64,000 nt of DNA from an uncultured virus (IMG/VR IMGVR_UViG_3300010224_000009) (taxonomy: Duplodnaviria > Heunggongvirae > Uroviricota > Caudoviricetes): the IMG/VR virus record IMGVR_UViG_3300010224_000009; one strand, 5' to 3'. The notes under the pieces are model-generated. The model was not told the DNA's origin, did no database searches, and worked only from the letters and a program-made list of their open reading frames with translations. Shown here one piece after another: positions 27,648 to 37,275 of the stretch. Both the position numbers and the translations under genes were made by a program. The number at the start of each line of letters is the position of its first letter. The first letter of the stretch is position 1.

Positions 27648-28161
27648 TTCGACGATCCTAAAGTTCGTTGAAGACCTACGCCCGATTGTGCCTGAGCTCG
27701 ATGGCCGCGTGATCGCCGTCTCCGAGATGGAAGTTAATCGCGCCAATATGCCGACCCTGCCCATCTGCATGACTGCGCTCCGGGACGTTACGTTCCGGCA
27801 TGCAGAGCAGACCAATCAAGACCCTTGGATCGTAGAGCAGATCGTCACGGAGTTCTGGTTCGAAAGCAATCGGATCAAGAACAGTAAGAGCCAAGAAACT
27901 CCATTCTGGGCTTATTACGACTATGACAAGCTTCTGTTCAAGATTGTCAAGTTTGTCTTGGGGTGGACTTCACCGAAGGGCTACAAATTCAAGATTACCC
28001 GCATGGACATTGAGAGCAGCGACCTTGCGGTCCATGTTGCATTCGAGTTCTTTCATCAGTACAGGTTCTGCGACGTATTCCCTGACGAACCGGAAGAGCT
28101 CCGGCTGGTTCAGAGCGTGTGCATGAAAACAGGTTGTGAAGATACCAAAATAGGGGTGTAA
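27622..28161 (+). CDS. tail terminator
   Basis: Synteny before sheath; 179 aa. Confidence 0.6.
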   Translation: MSGSEDRLNSTILKFVEDLRPIVPELDGRVIAVSEMEVNRANMPTLPICMTALRDVTFRHAEQTNQDPWIVEQIVTEFWFESNRIKNSKSQETPFWAYYDYDKLLFKIVKFVLGWTSPKGYKFKITRMDIESSDLAVHVAFEFFHQYRFCDVFPDEPEELRLVQSVCMKTGCEDTKIGV

Positions 28162-28167
28162 AAAGCA

Positions 28168-28392
28168 ATGGAAAAAATTTCAGTTAAGGCTGTCGAAGGC
28201 CGTGTAGCCTTTACAGCACCGCGCGGCGGCGCTAAGATACCGTCCGACAAGTATGTGGAAGTTGACAAAACTCCATGGATCATGCGCCTGCTTGAGAAGC
28301 ACGGAGACATTGTCCAGGAGAAAGCCTCCAAAAAGTCTCAAGCGAAGCCCTCCGAACCGGCCTCGGCGTCTTCTACCGATCCGGCCAAGTAA
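28168..28392 (+). CDS. small pre-sheath protein
   Basis: VKAVEGR...V....WIMRLL..HGDI, typical of the small gene before Mu-like sheaths. Confidence 0.6.
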   Translation: MEKISVKAVEGRVAFTAPRGGAKIPSDKYVEVDKTPWIMRLLEKHGDIVQEKASKKSQAKPSEPASASSTDPAK

Positions 28393-28407
28393 CAAGGACT
28401 GACATTA

Positions 28408-29916
28408 ATGGCGCAAGATGTTCTTTCGAACGGCTTCGTTCAGCTTTGCATCGATCCGAACCTCAATTTCTATGATACGGCAGCGCGCATGCTCGTTATC
28501 GGTCCGGCTCTCGACGGCCCGACGGAAGAGCTCGTTACCGGATCGATCGCCGCTGTCAACAGCGAACGCGACCTCGTGGAAATGTTCGGTGAAGGCTCCA
28601 TCCTGACCGAAGCCCTCCGCGTTGTGCTCTGCCAAGCTCCGACGGTCAAGGTTGAAGCCTTGCCGATCGCTGATGCTGCCGATGCAGTTGCCGCGCAATA
28701 CACCGTGACGATTACCGGCCCCGCTACCAGCGACGGTCGCTTCACGATGTTCTTTGGCAATGACGGCTATGACGTCGACTTCCGCGTCACTGCTGGCATG
28801 ACCGCCACGCAGATCGCCGCCGCTCTGGCTGCTGCCATTGGCGACAACTTCCCGTATTCGGCTGCTGCCGCTCTCGGCGTTGTCACCCTGACAGCCAAGA
28901 ACAAGGGCACCATCGGCAACTACCTGAACCCGATCTACAACTGGTCCGGTCGTCGCAACTATGCGCCGGAAGGCGTCACGGTTGCCGTCGCTCGTTCGGT
29001 TGACGGCACGGGCGCTGGCACGGTTCCGAACCTTATCGACATCACTGGCGAATGCTGCTACGATGTTGTCGTCTATCTTGGCGACGACGATGCTGGCCAG
29101 CAGGTGCTCAAGGATTACCTGACCGACGCTTGGTCCTGCGACAAGCCGCAGTGCTTTGGTCAGGGCTACGTGTTCAACGCTGGTACGCTCGGCGAAGTCC
29201 TTGCATTTGGGGACAACTCCGCCGAACTTTGCCGCTTGGCCTATGCCGAGGACAGCTTCGACTTCCCGTGGCTGACCGTCGCCGCCTATGCCGCCGCCAG
29301 CGCTGCTATCGCTCTCACCAATCCGGAACAGAGCATTCAGGGCAGCGAATTGGGCCTGCTTAGCTGCATTCGGTTGCCGCAGTCGTGCGCCTCTCCGTGG
29401 ACCTACGACGAGCGGCTCCAGTTGCAGGATCAGGGCTTCGTTACCTACGGTCCTTCCGGCTTTGGACTTGGGGCGCTCACCAATCCCCAAATCTACAACG
29501 ACGTGACCAACTACCTGTACGACGATCTCGGCCGCGCCAATGCGACCTACCGGGACGCCAACAGCCGTCGTTTGGCCAAGTCCACGGCGCTCTCGATCGC
29601 CGAGCAGTTGAACACGTATAACGGCCTCGGGCTGTTCACCAAGAACACCCGCATCCGTCCCGGTGTCAAGGGCACCAATCCGCGTCTGATCTTGGCCGAC
29701 CTGCGCAATTGGGCCAAGGAAAACATCGGCGTTCTGTTCTCCGAGTTCGACAATATCGATCAGGACATCAAAGTCCAGACCGACTTCGAGGTCGCGCAGA
29801 AGTGCCGGGGCGTCCCTTCGCTCCTGCATGTGAACTTCCGGTATCAACCACCCGTTCGCATCGGCCAGATCAAGACCAATCTTCAGCCGAAGCTGCTGGA
29901 CAACTGCGATCGTTAA
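28408..29916 (+). CDS. tail sheath protein
   Basis: FGEGSIL, VTLTAKNKGTIGN, Mu gpL-like motifs. Confidence 0.92.
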   Translation: MAQDVLSNGFVQLCIDPNLNFYDTAARMLVIGPALDGPTEELVTGSIAAVNSERDLVEMFGEGSILTEALRVVLCQAPTVKVEALPIADAADAVAAQYTVTITGPATSDGRFTMFFGNDGYDVDFRVTAGMTATQIAAALAAAIGDNFPYSAAAALGVVTLTAKNKGTIGNYLNPIYNWSGRRNYAPEGVTVAVARSVDGTGAGTVPNLIDITGECCYDVVVYLGDDDAGQQVLKDYLTDAWSCDKPQCFGQGYVFNAGTLGEVLAFGDNSAELCRLAYAEDSFDFPWLTVAAYAAASAAIALTNPEQSIQGSELGLLSCIRLPQSCASPWTYDERLQLQDQGFVTYGPSGFGLGALTNPQIYNDVTNYLYDDLGRANATYRDANSRRLAKSTALSIAEQLNTYNGLGLFTKNTRIRPGVKGTNPRLILADLRNWAKENIGVLFSEFDNIDQDIKVQTDFEVAQKCRGVPSLLHVNFRYQPPVRIGQIKTNLQPKLLDNCDR

Positions 29917-29928
29917 GAGGATTGATCG

Positions 29929-30339
29929 ATGGCTTGCGATAACATTGTTGGGGTCAAGAACATTCTCTTGACCTTTCAGGACTGCGAAACGGGCGCATCG
30001 TATGGCCCGTATGCTCACGAACTGGCGACGGACGAGCTTCCCACGTGGAAGCTCTGCCAGTTCACGAACGAGGCTCTGGCGGGCGGCTTTGTTCGCCGGA
30101 CCTATGCGAACTCCTTGGCTACGATGAACGTCATCCGTGATCTGCGCATCCCGCTCTCCTATTATCAGGGTTGCGCGGCGATCGACCTCCAGGTTGAATA
30201 CGAGAACGGTCTGGTCTATACGGCCAAGGGCGGCTCGCATACCGGCGACGATCAGTCTGATACCCACGGCGTCACACTGACCCTGAACTACAAGCAGATC
30301 GACGAACTGTTGCCCGACGGCGCACTCGTCGCTGCTTAA
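29929..30339 (+). CDS. tail tube protein
   Basis: 136 aa directly after sheath; VEYENGLVY. Confidence 0.85.
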   Translation: MACDNIVGVKNILLTFQDCETGASYGPYAHELATDELPTWKLCQFTNEALAGGFVRRTYANSLATMNVIRDLRIPLSYYQGCAAIDLQVEYENGLVYTAKGGSHTGDDQSDTHGVTLTLNYKQIDELLPDGALVAA

Positions 30340-30466
30340 AGCTAGGAGCGCGTTCAAAGTCACTTAACCGGGACCCGAACGCGCTTCTCCTTCGCCCGCT
30401 GTTTTTGCCGAGAGCAGCGGGCGAAGTTGTATTATCGGCAACTCGGCAATCGGCAAAGGACCACCT

Positions 30467-31090
30467 ATGAGCACTCTTATTCAAGTTGACAGCGTGCCCT
30501 TGATCGTGAAGGGCGACCAGATTGTAGAGATCGAAGTGAACCCCATCGGCTTCCTCGGGTTCCAGAAGATCGCAGCAGAGACCAACTCGCTCGTCCCGGC
30601 AGGCGGCAAGAAATGGTCTATCATGAACAAGCGTCTGCGCATCAAGGCACAGGTGCGAGTGATCAATACGGCAGGCGTCAAGGGCGTCTTGGACGATCTG
30701 GAAATTACGCAGCTTCCAATCGCCTATGCCAACAAGATGAACACTGCCCTGAACAGCGGCGACGGCGAACCGGGCAAGATCATCAATGCCGGTGACGGGG
30801 TCGCGACCCCAATCCTGTTCGCTTTGGGGACGGCAATCCCGGTTCAGAGCAACAACGAGACCGTAGAGATCAAGGAGCTTGAGTTCCTTGCCACTACGTT
30901 CGGCGATGTTGAAGAAGTTATGGCAGAAACGGACCCGCTCTCGCAGGCCGTGGCGCTGCTTCGTTCGGTGGCCAAGCCGGTCGGCGTCAATGAAAGCTTG
31001 CAGCGACTTCCAGACTTCGCCCTTGAACGGCTCAAGCTGGCGGACGGCTTCAAGATCATCGATGACGTCTTGCCACGTTTTTTAGGGTAG
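30467..31090 (+). CDS. tail assembly chaperone (G form)
   Basis: Between tube and tape measure; ends at a slippery site. Confidence 0.8.
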   Translation: MSTLIQVDSVPLIVKGDQIVEIEVNPIGFLGFQKIAAETNSLVPAGGKKWSIMNKRLRIKAQVRVINTAGVKGVLDDLEITQLPIAYANKMNTALNSGDGEPGKIINAGDGVATPILFALGTAIPVQSNNETVEIKELEFLATTFGDVEEVMAETDPLSQAVALLRSVAKPVGVNESLQRLPDFALERLKLADGFKIIDDVLPRFLG

Positions 31091-31260
31091 GAAAAAAGAT
31101 TGTCGCTGCTGTTGAGGAATATCGGTACTACTCAGCAAACAGCGACGATCTCGGCGGATTGACCATCAAAAAGCTCGCACTCCGCATGACTAATTTCCGA
31201 AAGATTAACGAGCAAGACATAAGGTTCCAAGCTGCTATAGCAGGCGCGAAGATGAAGTGA
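31078..31260 (+). CDS. -1 frameshift extension of the chaperone (GT form)
   Basis: T TTT TTA at 31078-31084; the -1 frame is open (RVGKKIVAAVEEYRYY...AKMK) to TGA at 31260. Confidence 0.8.
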   Translation, partial: FFRVGKKIVAAVEEYRYYSANSDDLGGLTIKKLALRMTNFRKINEQDIRFQAAIAGAKMK

Positions 31261-31267
31261 GGCATAG

Positions 31268-33775
31268 GTGGCAGACTACACTGAAAAAGCTTCGCTTATG
31301 GTGGTCGATGGCTCTAGCGCCAAGATCAACAAAATCAACCAAGCGCTTGACCGGCTGGCTAAGACCGCTGCTAGAACACAGGCATCATTGAACAAGCTTG
31401 GTGGCGGGAACACTGCCGCCAAGATCAATGCTACGGCGAAGGCGGTGAACGCTCTCGCACGCGGCCTGAACAAGCTACCTAAGAGCCAGACCATCGGCGT
31501 CAAGTTGCGCGGCAACTCGGCGGCGGATTTGCGCGCCATGGCTCGCGCCATGGGTCAATACAAGTCGGCCTCCAAGAACATCAACACCCTGATTGGTGCT
31601 GGTGGTCGGACTTCCAATTACAGCAACCTTGACACGCTGACACAAAAGCTGGTCCGCGTGGCGCGTGCCGCCAACATGGCACAGATCGCGCTTGCCAAGG
31701 TCCAGCAGAATATCCCACAAGGTCGAGGCCCAAATAACCCCTTTGGGGGCAATCCTCCCGGCCGCGCTGCCCCGGCACAGAACATCGGGCTAGAGTTGCA
31801 GCCGCTCAAGTCCTTGTTCCGCTCGTTCATTGTTGACATTGGTCATACAATCGTAGGCGCTATCAAGGAAGGTTTTGCGGAAGGCATCAAGGGATATGAT
31901 GTTGCCGCAAACAAGCTGGCGCAACAAAGGATAACTGGTCCGGCAGCGGAGCAACTAAGACAGCAAGCGTTTGCTGGTGAACGCCGCGCGCCAATATGGC
32001 GTGCTGACGAGCGTATGGACTTCTATGCAGAAGTTGGCTCTAACTTCCGCGACCCTCGCGATGCTGCCAAATTCGACCAATATGTCGAGCGCGCCATCTA
32101 TGCTGCTGTTCAGCAGGGCGGTAGCCGTGACGAGGCTACGACTGGCGTTGCGCAGTTGTTCAAGGGTCTCGGCAACGCTGGCTATCTGCAGGATGCTCAG
32201 GGCAACCTGAACTCCGACATTGGCAAGTATATCGACGCATACACTGCTGCGAAATACTCTGAAGGCGCACAGATCAACTTCAACGACGCAGCGCAGCTTT
32301 TGAAGTATGCGCGCACTTCTGCGCAATCTATTACCCCACGCGAGTTCTTCACTCAGCTTATTGCTTCTGCTGATATTGGCGCATCGACTGCCGGTGTTCA
32401 GCTTAACCAAGCAATGAAGAACTTTGCTGGCGAGACGACCAAGAAGGCGTTGCAGGCGCAGGAAGAAGGCGGTCTGCGCAGCCCCGGAACAATGGTCAAG
32501 TCTGGCCAAGTCGGCAAGAAAGCGACATACACGTATGAAGCTGGTCAGATCGTAGATGAAGAGCTTCTGCGAGAAAACCCGACTGCGTGGATACAGAAAA
32601 ACATTGCTGGCCCGAATGGCTATCTTGCCCGTAAGGGGCTTGACGTCAATAAGGCTTCTTCTGCGGAAATCCTTTCTGCCCTCGACCCCTTGGCTGGCAA
32701 CCGCAACGTAGATGACTTCTTGGCAAAGGCCGTCTTGCAGGCGCAAGAGCGTGAGATCAAGACGTCGAAGTATTTCGACAATCCTACTTCTACTGCGGAA
32801 ATGGATGCAACCAATAGGACTTCTTCTTGGGTCCAGTTGCAGGAGACGACGCAGCAACTCGTCAGTTTGTTCGGCAACCTTGGGGACAAGCTCGAGAACA
32901 AATTCATCCCGGTAATCGACACGGTCGGCAATTGGGCTGAGCGACTTAACAATTTGATTGAAGGTCGCAGCAAAGCTGAGATGGGCGATTATGCCACCTT
33001 GGCAGCGGCGGGCGCGGCTGGTATCGGCGGCGGCATTGCTGGCGTAAAGCTGCTCACATGGGCAGCAACGGGTTTTGGCTTGCCGGGTGCGGCGCTGCGG
33101 CTAACGGCTGCTGCTGAGGCTCTGAGCCTTGCTGCGGCCCGGTTGGGCGGCGGGGCACCGGGCACCCCGCCCGCTAATGCTGGCGGACGCAATTCGTGGA
33201 GCAAATGGCTGCTGACCCTTGGCGCTTGGGGCGCTGCTGGCGCTGGCGTCTTCACTTCTGGATCGACTGCAGACAATCAATATGTGAACGCTGACGAAAA
33301 AGAACGGCAGCGCATGCGCAACCAAGCTGTCGGCTTTTCGGAAGCGCAGTCCCGCGCTCCGGAAATGCAAGAGCAATCCCGGCAGCTTTCGGAATGGATC
33401 AACAAACTCGCCGCCGCTCGTGAGCGTTTCAGCACGATAGAGCAACAGGGAGTTGACCCCAACAGCCAAGACTACATCAGCGCCGCGCTGGCATATCAGC
33501 AGGCAGGCGACAATGTCAACAAGTTGCAACAGTCGCTGACCGAAGGCTCCAATGCGATTTTGCAGGCTTTCGAGACCGGCAATGCCAAACTGACGGACAC
33601 ATCCAACAATTTCGCTGCCAATGCGGCACAAACCCTTCTCGGCGTGGCCTCTTCGTTTGGTTCTGCCGCTGGCGAGGCAATGCGGCAAGCCATTGGCACT
33701 ATTGGCGTTAACGTGAACGGTCCAGCAGCGGCCCCGAACACGGGAACTAACACCAACTTGCAGACAGGTGGCTGA
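31268..33775 (+). CDS. tape measure protein
   Basis: 835 aa, Ala/Gly-rich, helical; synteny. Confidence 0.88.
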   Translation: MADYTEKASLMVVDGSSAKINKINQALDRLAKTAARTQASLNKLGGGNTAAKINATAKAVNALARGLNKLPKSQTIGVKLRGNSAADLRAMARAMGQYKSASKNINTLIGAGGRTSNYSNLDTLTQKLVRVARAANMAQIALAKVQQNIPQGRGPNNPFGGNPPGRAAPAQNIGLELQPLKSLFRSFIVDIGHTIVGAIKEGFAEGIKGYDVAANKLAQQRITGPAAEQLRQQAFAGERRAPIWRADERMDFYAEVGSNFRDPRDAAKFDQYVERAIYAAVQQGGSRDEATTGVAQLFKGLGNAGYLQDAQGNLNSDIGKYIDAYTAAKYSEGAQINFNDAAQLLKYARTSAQSITPREFFTQLIASADIGASTAGVQLNQAMKNFAGETTKKALQAQEEGGLRSPGTMVKSGQVGKKATYTYEAGQIVDEELLRENPTAWIQKNIAGPNGYLARKGLDVNKASSAEILSALDPLAGNRNVDDFLAKAVLQAQEREIKTSKYFDNPTSTAEMDATNRTSSWVQLQETTQQLVSLFGNLGDKLENKFIPVIDTVGNWAERLNNLIEGRSKAEMGDYATLAAAGAAGIGGGIAGVKLLTWAATGFGLPGAALRLTAAAEALSLAAARLGGGAPGTPPANAGGRNSWSKWLLTLGAWGAAGAGVFTSGSTADNQYVNADEKERQRMRNQAVGFSEAQSRAPEMQEQSRQLSEWINKLAAARERFSTIEQQGVDPNSQDYISAALAYQQAGDNVNKLQQSLTEGSNAILQAFETGNAKLTDTSNNFAANAAQTLLGVASSFGSAAGEAMRQAIGTIGVNVNGPAAAPNTGTNTNLQTGG

Positions 33776-34959
33776 TGGCTGAGGCTTGTTACGTAGATCG
33801 CTATCTTCCGGCCAGCTACAAGGGCATTCCCTTCGAGGCAATGGAAGTCACGAGCCAGCACGGAAGGCGCGGCGCTGAGGGAGAGTTCCCATTCGGCGAA
33901 CAAACCGCATATGCAGACTTGGGGCGATCCATCCGGACATACTCAATCCATGGACGCTTTGCCACCAACGATCACATCGCTTTGGCGACGGCACTGATTG
34001 CCGTTTGCGAAACTCCTGGACCCGGCCCGCTGGTGCATCCTACGCGGGGCATCATCATTGCCGCGTGCAAGCAGTTGCGCGTCACCGACAACCCTATGGA
34101 CAACGCGGGCATCACCGAGTTCGACATGGACTTGGTCGAGGCTGAAATCTACCCCAATGGCTTGAGCCTTGTCGGGTCGCTGCTTGGCCTCGTGTTGACG
34201 CCTCTTATCGAAGCGGAGCAGGAAAGCTTTGAAGTCGAATATCAGCCAGAAGTGGCAACTTTTTATGATCGTGCTGCTGTTATGCAGACTGCGGGTAGCG
34301 CTGTTTCGTCGATCACTACAGCGTACCGTCAAGCGGCTGCTAACGTAACCGACATCAAAGTCTATCGCAGCTTGGCCTCCTTCGACACGTTGGCCAGCGA
34401 CAACGGTCTGCTTTCCAACAAGACGACCATGCTTGCCGCCATGAAGGACGGCATGGCATTGATCGACAAGTACGGCAACACGACGCAAAAGCAGGAATTG
34501 TTCCGCAACATCGTCAACCAGAACACGGGCGACGTTCTGGTCGGCCGTACCGCAGGCGGCACGATCAACGCTATCACCAGCTTCATGCGCTCACTTGGGG
34601 CCGGATATCTCACCCGCGCTTATCTGGAAGAAAGCCCCAAGGACATGACCGAGGCATTCAGCCAGTATGACCGGGTCGTGGCTATTTTCAATCAAGAGAT
34701 CGAGATCGCCCGCGAGCGCTGCAATCACAAACTGCATGTCAAGCTGGCGCGCTTCCTGGAAGACATCAAGGTGCAGATGCTTCATCGCGCCTACAATTCC
34801 CCGGCTGTCGTGCAATACAAGTTCGGCAGCGCCGTCCATTCGCTTGTCGCCGCATATGCCATCTACGACGATGCTACGCGGTTCACGGACATTGAGACCA
34901 GAAACCCTTACGGCTGGCCATGGCAGATTGGCCCCGACGTTATCGCGGCACGGACATGA
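33775..34959 (+). CDS. Mu-like DNA circularisation / tube-initiator protein
   Basis: PASYKGIPF...GRR...EFPF.....DLGR; PGPGPLVHPTRG. Confidence 0.85.
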   Translation: MAEACYVDRYLPASYKGIPFEAMEVTSQHGRRGAEGEFPFGEQTAYADLGRSIRTYSIHGRFATNDHIALATALIAVCETPGPGPLVHPTRGIIIAACKQLRVTDNPMDNAGITEFDMDLVEAEIYPNGLSLVGSLLGLVLTPLIEAEQESFEVEYQPEVATFYDRAAVMQTAGSAVSSITTAYRQAAANVTDIKVYRSLASFDTLASDNGLLSNKTTMLAAMKDGMALIDKYGNTTQKQELFRNIVNQNTGDVLVGRTAGGTINAITSFMRSLGAGYLTRAYLEESPKDMTEAFSQYDRVVAIFNQEIEIARERCNHKLHVKLARFLEDIKVQMLHRAYNSPAVVQYKFGSAVHSLVAAYAIYDDATRFTDIETRNPYGWPWQIGPDVIAART

Positions 34960-36203
34960 GCAAGCCCTTCCGAGTATTCCTTGACGGCGAAGAACTGACG
35001 CAGTACACGGGCGGCTCCCTTCGTCGCGCCAAGGCTGACCTCACTGGCTCGTTCCAGTGCGAAGTCTTCTTTAACTACATGCCCTCAAGGCCGGTTATGG
35101 TCAATGCGTTGCGCGGAAAGGACGTCACGGTTTATGTCGCGAACCAGCTTGCTTTCTATGGTTCTCTGGATAAGCGTAAAGGTAAGGGAAACGGTAAGAC
35201 CACGGATGAGCATGCCGGGTCGAGCATCAACACTTCCATCAACCCGAACTCTTATAGCGTCAGCTTATCGGCACGAGGCAAGACAAAATATCTCATTTCT
35301 GGCTCGCATCAACACAAGACGGGGACAATAATCAAGCCTTCTACCCGGCAGGCGGTGGAAGCCTTGCTGAAAGGCTACGACGTAGAGTTAGACTGGAAGT
35401 CCAACTCCATTGACCTAGAGCGCGTCACCTTCCGCGACGGCAACAATGTCTTGTTAGAACTGCAACGCATAGCCAACGAGAACGGCCATTATTTCTATGA
35501 GGGCCGCGACGGCAAATTGATATTCGAGGACACGCCTACGCGGAATGGCGATGACCTTATCCTCGGCCGTAATATCCTGAGCTTCGACGCCGACCAGTCG
35601 GAAGAGCACGAGAAGAGCCGGATCATCGTCAAAGGCCAGCGGACCAATAAGGCGGTCTGGGGCGAAGATGCTGTGCTCAATGTTCTCAAGTCTGCTAAAA
35701 AGAGTGGCATGGATGCTGACGTCCCGTATATAGTGCAGCACTACGGGGACGCCACGCCGGACGCTCTTGATCGGCGGGCAAAGTTCGAGGCGGATAAACG
35801 GAATGCTCAGTCTCTTCGGGTCACTGTTGACGTCTTCCATGTTCAAACGCCGTCTGGCGAACCTTGGGATTTGGGTACTCTCCACTATGTTGAAGTTCCT
35901 CCTGAGGGAATTTTTAACGTCCTGGAATGCGTCGAAATCACATACACTGTTGACGCGCAAGGCACGCTCAAGACTACCCTTACGCTTGCGCCGCCTCCTT
36001 CGTCTAACGATGGCAAGCCCGTTTCGGACAAGGCGTCGATGGGCCAGCAAAGAAGATCGCAACTCGGCGTAAATGCTTTGGATATTTGGGAGCCGTCAGA
36101 CCTAGACTTCGCTGGCCAATATGCAGTTTCGGAAGAAACGATCCAGCCCAACTTCTCTGGCGGTATTCAACTCGGCGCACCACCAACTATTCTGACGGAT
36201 TGA
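34956..36203 (+). CDS. baseplate hub (Mu gp44-like)
   Basis: DGKLIF....LILGRNIL...SRIIVKGQ; RRAKFEADKR. Confidence 0.8.
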   Translation: MSKPFRVFLDGEELTQYTGGSLRRAKADLTGSFQCEVFFNYMPSRPVMVNALRGKDVTVYVANQLAFYGSLDKRKGKGNGKTTDEHAGSSINTSINPNSYSVSLSARGKTKYLISGSHQHKTGTIIKPSTRQAVEALLKGYDVELDWKSNSIDLERVTFRDGNNVLLELQRIANENGHYFYEGRDGKLIFEDTPTRNGDDLILGRNILSFDADQSEEHEKSRIIVKGQRTNKAVWGEDAVLNVLKSAKKSGMDADVPYIVQHYGDATPDALDRRAKFEADKRNAQSLRVTVDVFHVQTPSGEPWDLGTLHYVEVPPEGIFNVLECVEITYTVDAQGTLKTTLTLAPPPSSNDGKPVSDKASMGQQRRSQLGVNALDIWEPSDLDFAGQYAVSEETIQPNFSGGIQLGAPPTILTD

Positions 36204-36205
36204 CC

Positions 36206-36730
36206 ATGACTTCTATGGAAAGCTTCCCAAGCCGCAATCGTGACATGCAGGACTTGTTCGAGCGGATGGTTTTCGGCAAACTAACTCACTTGGACACGGG
36301 CGCGGTCGTGACGCTGCGGGGCAACGGCACGCAGGATGAAGAGGTCGTTGTGCTCAACATCGGCCAAAGCATGAACCTGCCGGAGAACTTCAACACAGAA
36401 GTTTTAGTGCTGGCCTCCGGTTCCGACACCAACTTGAAGTTCGCGCTGCTGACGATCCCGCGCGACAAGCAGCGGCCATGGAAGGAAGGCACGGGCGGCA
36501 TCCAGAACCCGACCGATCCGGACAAGGCCATTGAGTTCAACGACAAGCGCACGCATGTCACCGAAAACAATTTTGCCGTTGGGGACAGCGGCATCTTCGA
36601 AGTCAAAGATGGCAAGGTTTATATCCGCGCCGAACTGGTGGTCGAAGGAAGAGTAACTTCCAACGACAGGTTCAAGTCCCCCAATCCCGGTGAGAACGGC
36701 ACTGAGGATATTCCAGGGTTCGAAAGCTGA
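36206..36730 (+). CDS. baseplate spike (Mu gp45-like)
   Basis: Synteny; beta-rich C-terminus. Confidence 0.7.
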   Translation: MTSMESFPSRNRDMQDLFERMVFGKLTHLDTGAVVTLRGNGTQDEEVVVLNIGQSMNLPENFNTEVLVLASGSDTNLKFALLTIPRDKQRPWKEGTGGIQNPTDPDKAIEFNDKRTHVTENNFAVGDSGIFEVKDGKVYIRAELVVEGRVTSNDRFKSPNPGENGTEDIPGFES

Positions 36731-37275
36731 TGGATTGCAATGTTCAAATTCAGGGCAGGCGAAAGATTTTCTGGACCACGCAGCCCGACGCTTGTGGCGT
36801 TGTTGCTGATTGTCATAGCAATTGCGGCTCTAGCGGGCTGCGATCGTTCGTCCCACAAGGCCAGCGCGGACGCACGTTCGCAACGAATGACTATGTCAGG
36901 GGTCTAGCCCTGAACATATTGTTCACTGACGCCCGTAAGGGAGACCGCGCTTGCGGCTATCGACCGGGCGCTATCGGCGGGCACTGGTCTGATAGCTTCC
37001 GCGACGACGGCGGTCGGGCTGGCACCAATTTGCGCGATATTCCAATATCGTACAAGGTTGCCGATACGGTCAAGCTGGCGCAGGCATACATGCTTTCCGC
37101 GCTCCAGAAGCTCGTGAAGTATGGTGTTGCTCAGAACGTTTCAGTTGCGGTAAAGTACACGGGCCGCAACACTTTCCAGGCAGACATTGACATCATAAGC
37201 TCTGACGGACAGTCGACCCGCGTCGGCGTCACTGGCTCTCGGACAGAGAACTCTTGGGTTTGGGGATCGAACTAA
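36730..37275 (+). CDS. baseplate protein (Mu gp46-like)
   Basis: LFTDAR....GGHWSDSF; A.AY...AL..LV..GVA. Confidence 0.8.
   Translation: MDCNVQIQGRRKIFWTTQPDACGVVADCHSNCGSSGLRSFVPQGQRGRTFATNDYVRGLALNILFTDARKGDRACGYRPGAIGGHWSDSFRDDGGRAGTNLRDIPISYKVADTVKLAQAYMLSALQKLVKYGVAQNVSVAVKYTGRNTFQADIDIISSDGQSTRVGVTGSRTENSWVWGSN

Noticed and set aside
28405..30363. Long antisense ORFs (652 aa here; also 18907-20238, 22259-23374, 54039-55238 and others)
   Set aside because: They are shadows of strongly biased codon usage on the opposite, clearly coding strand and show no recognisable motifs.
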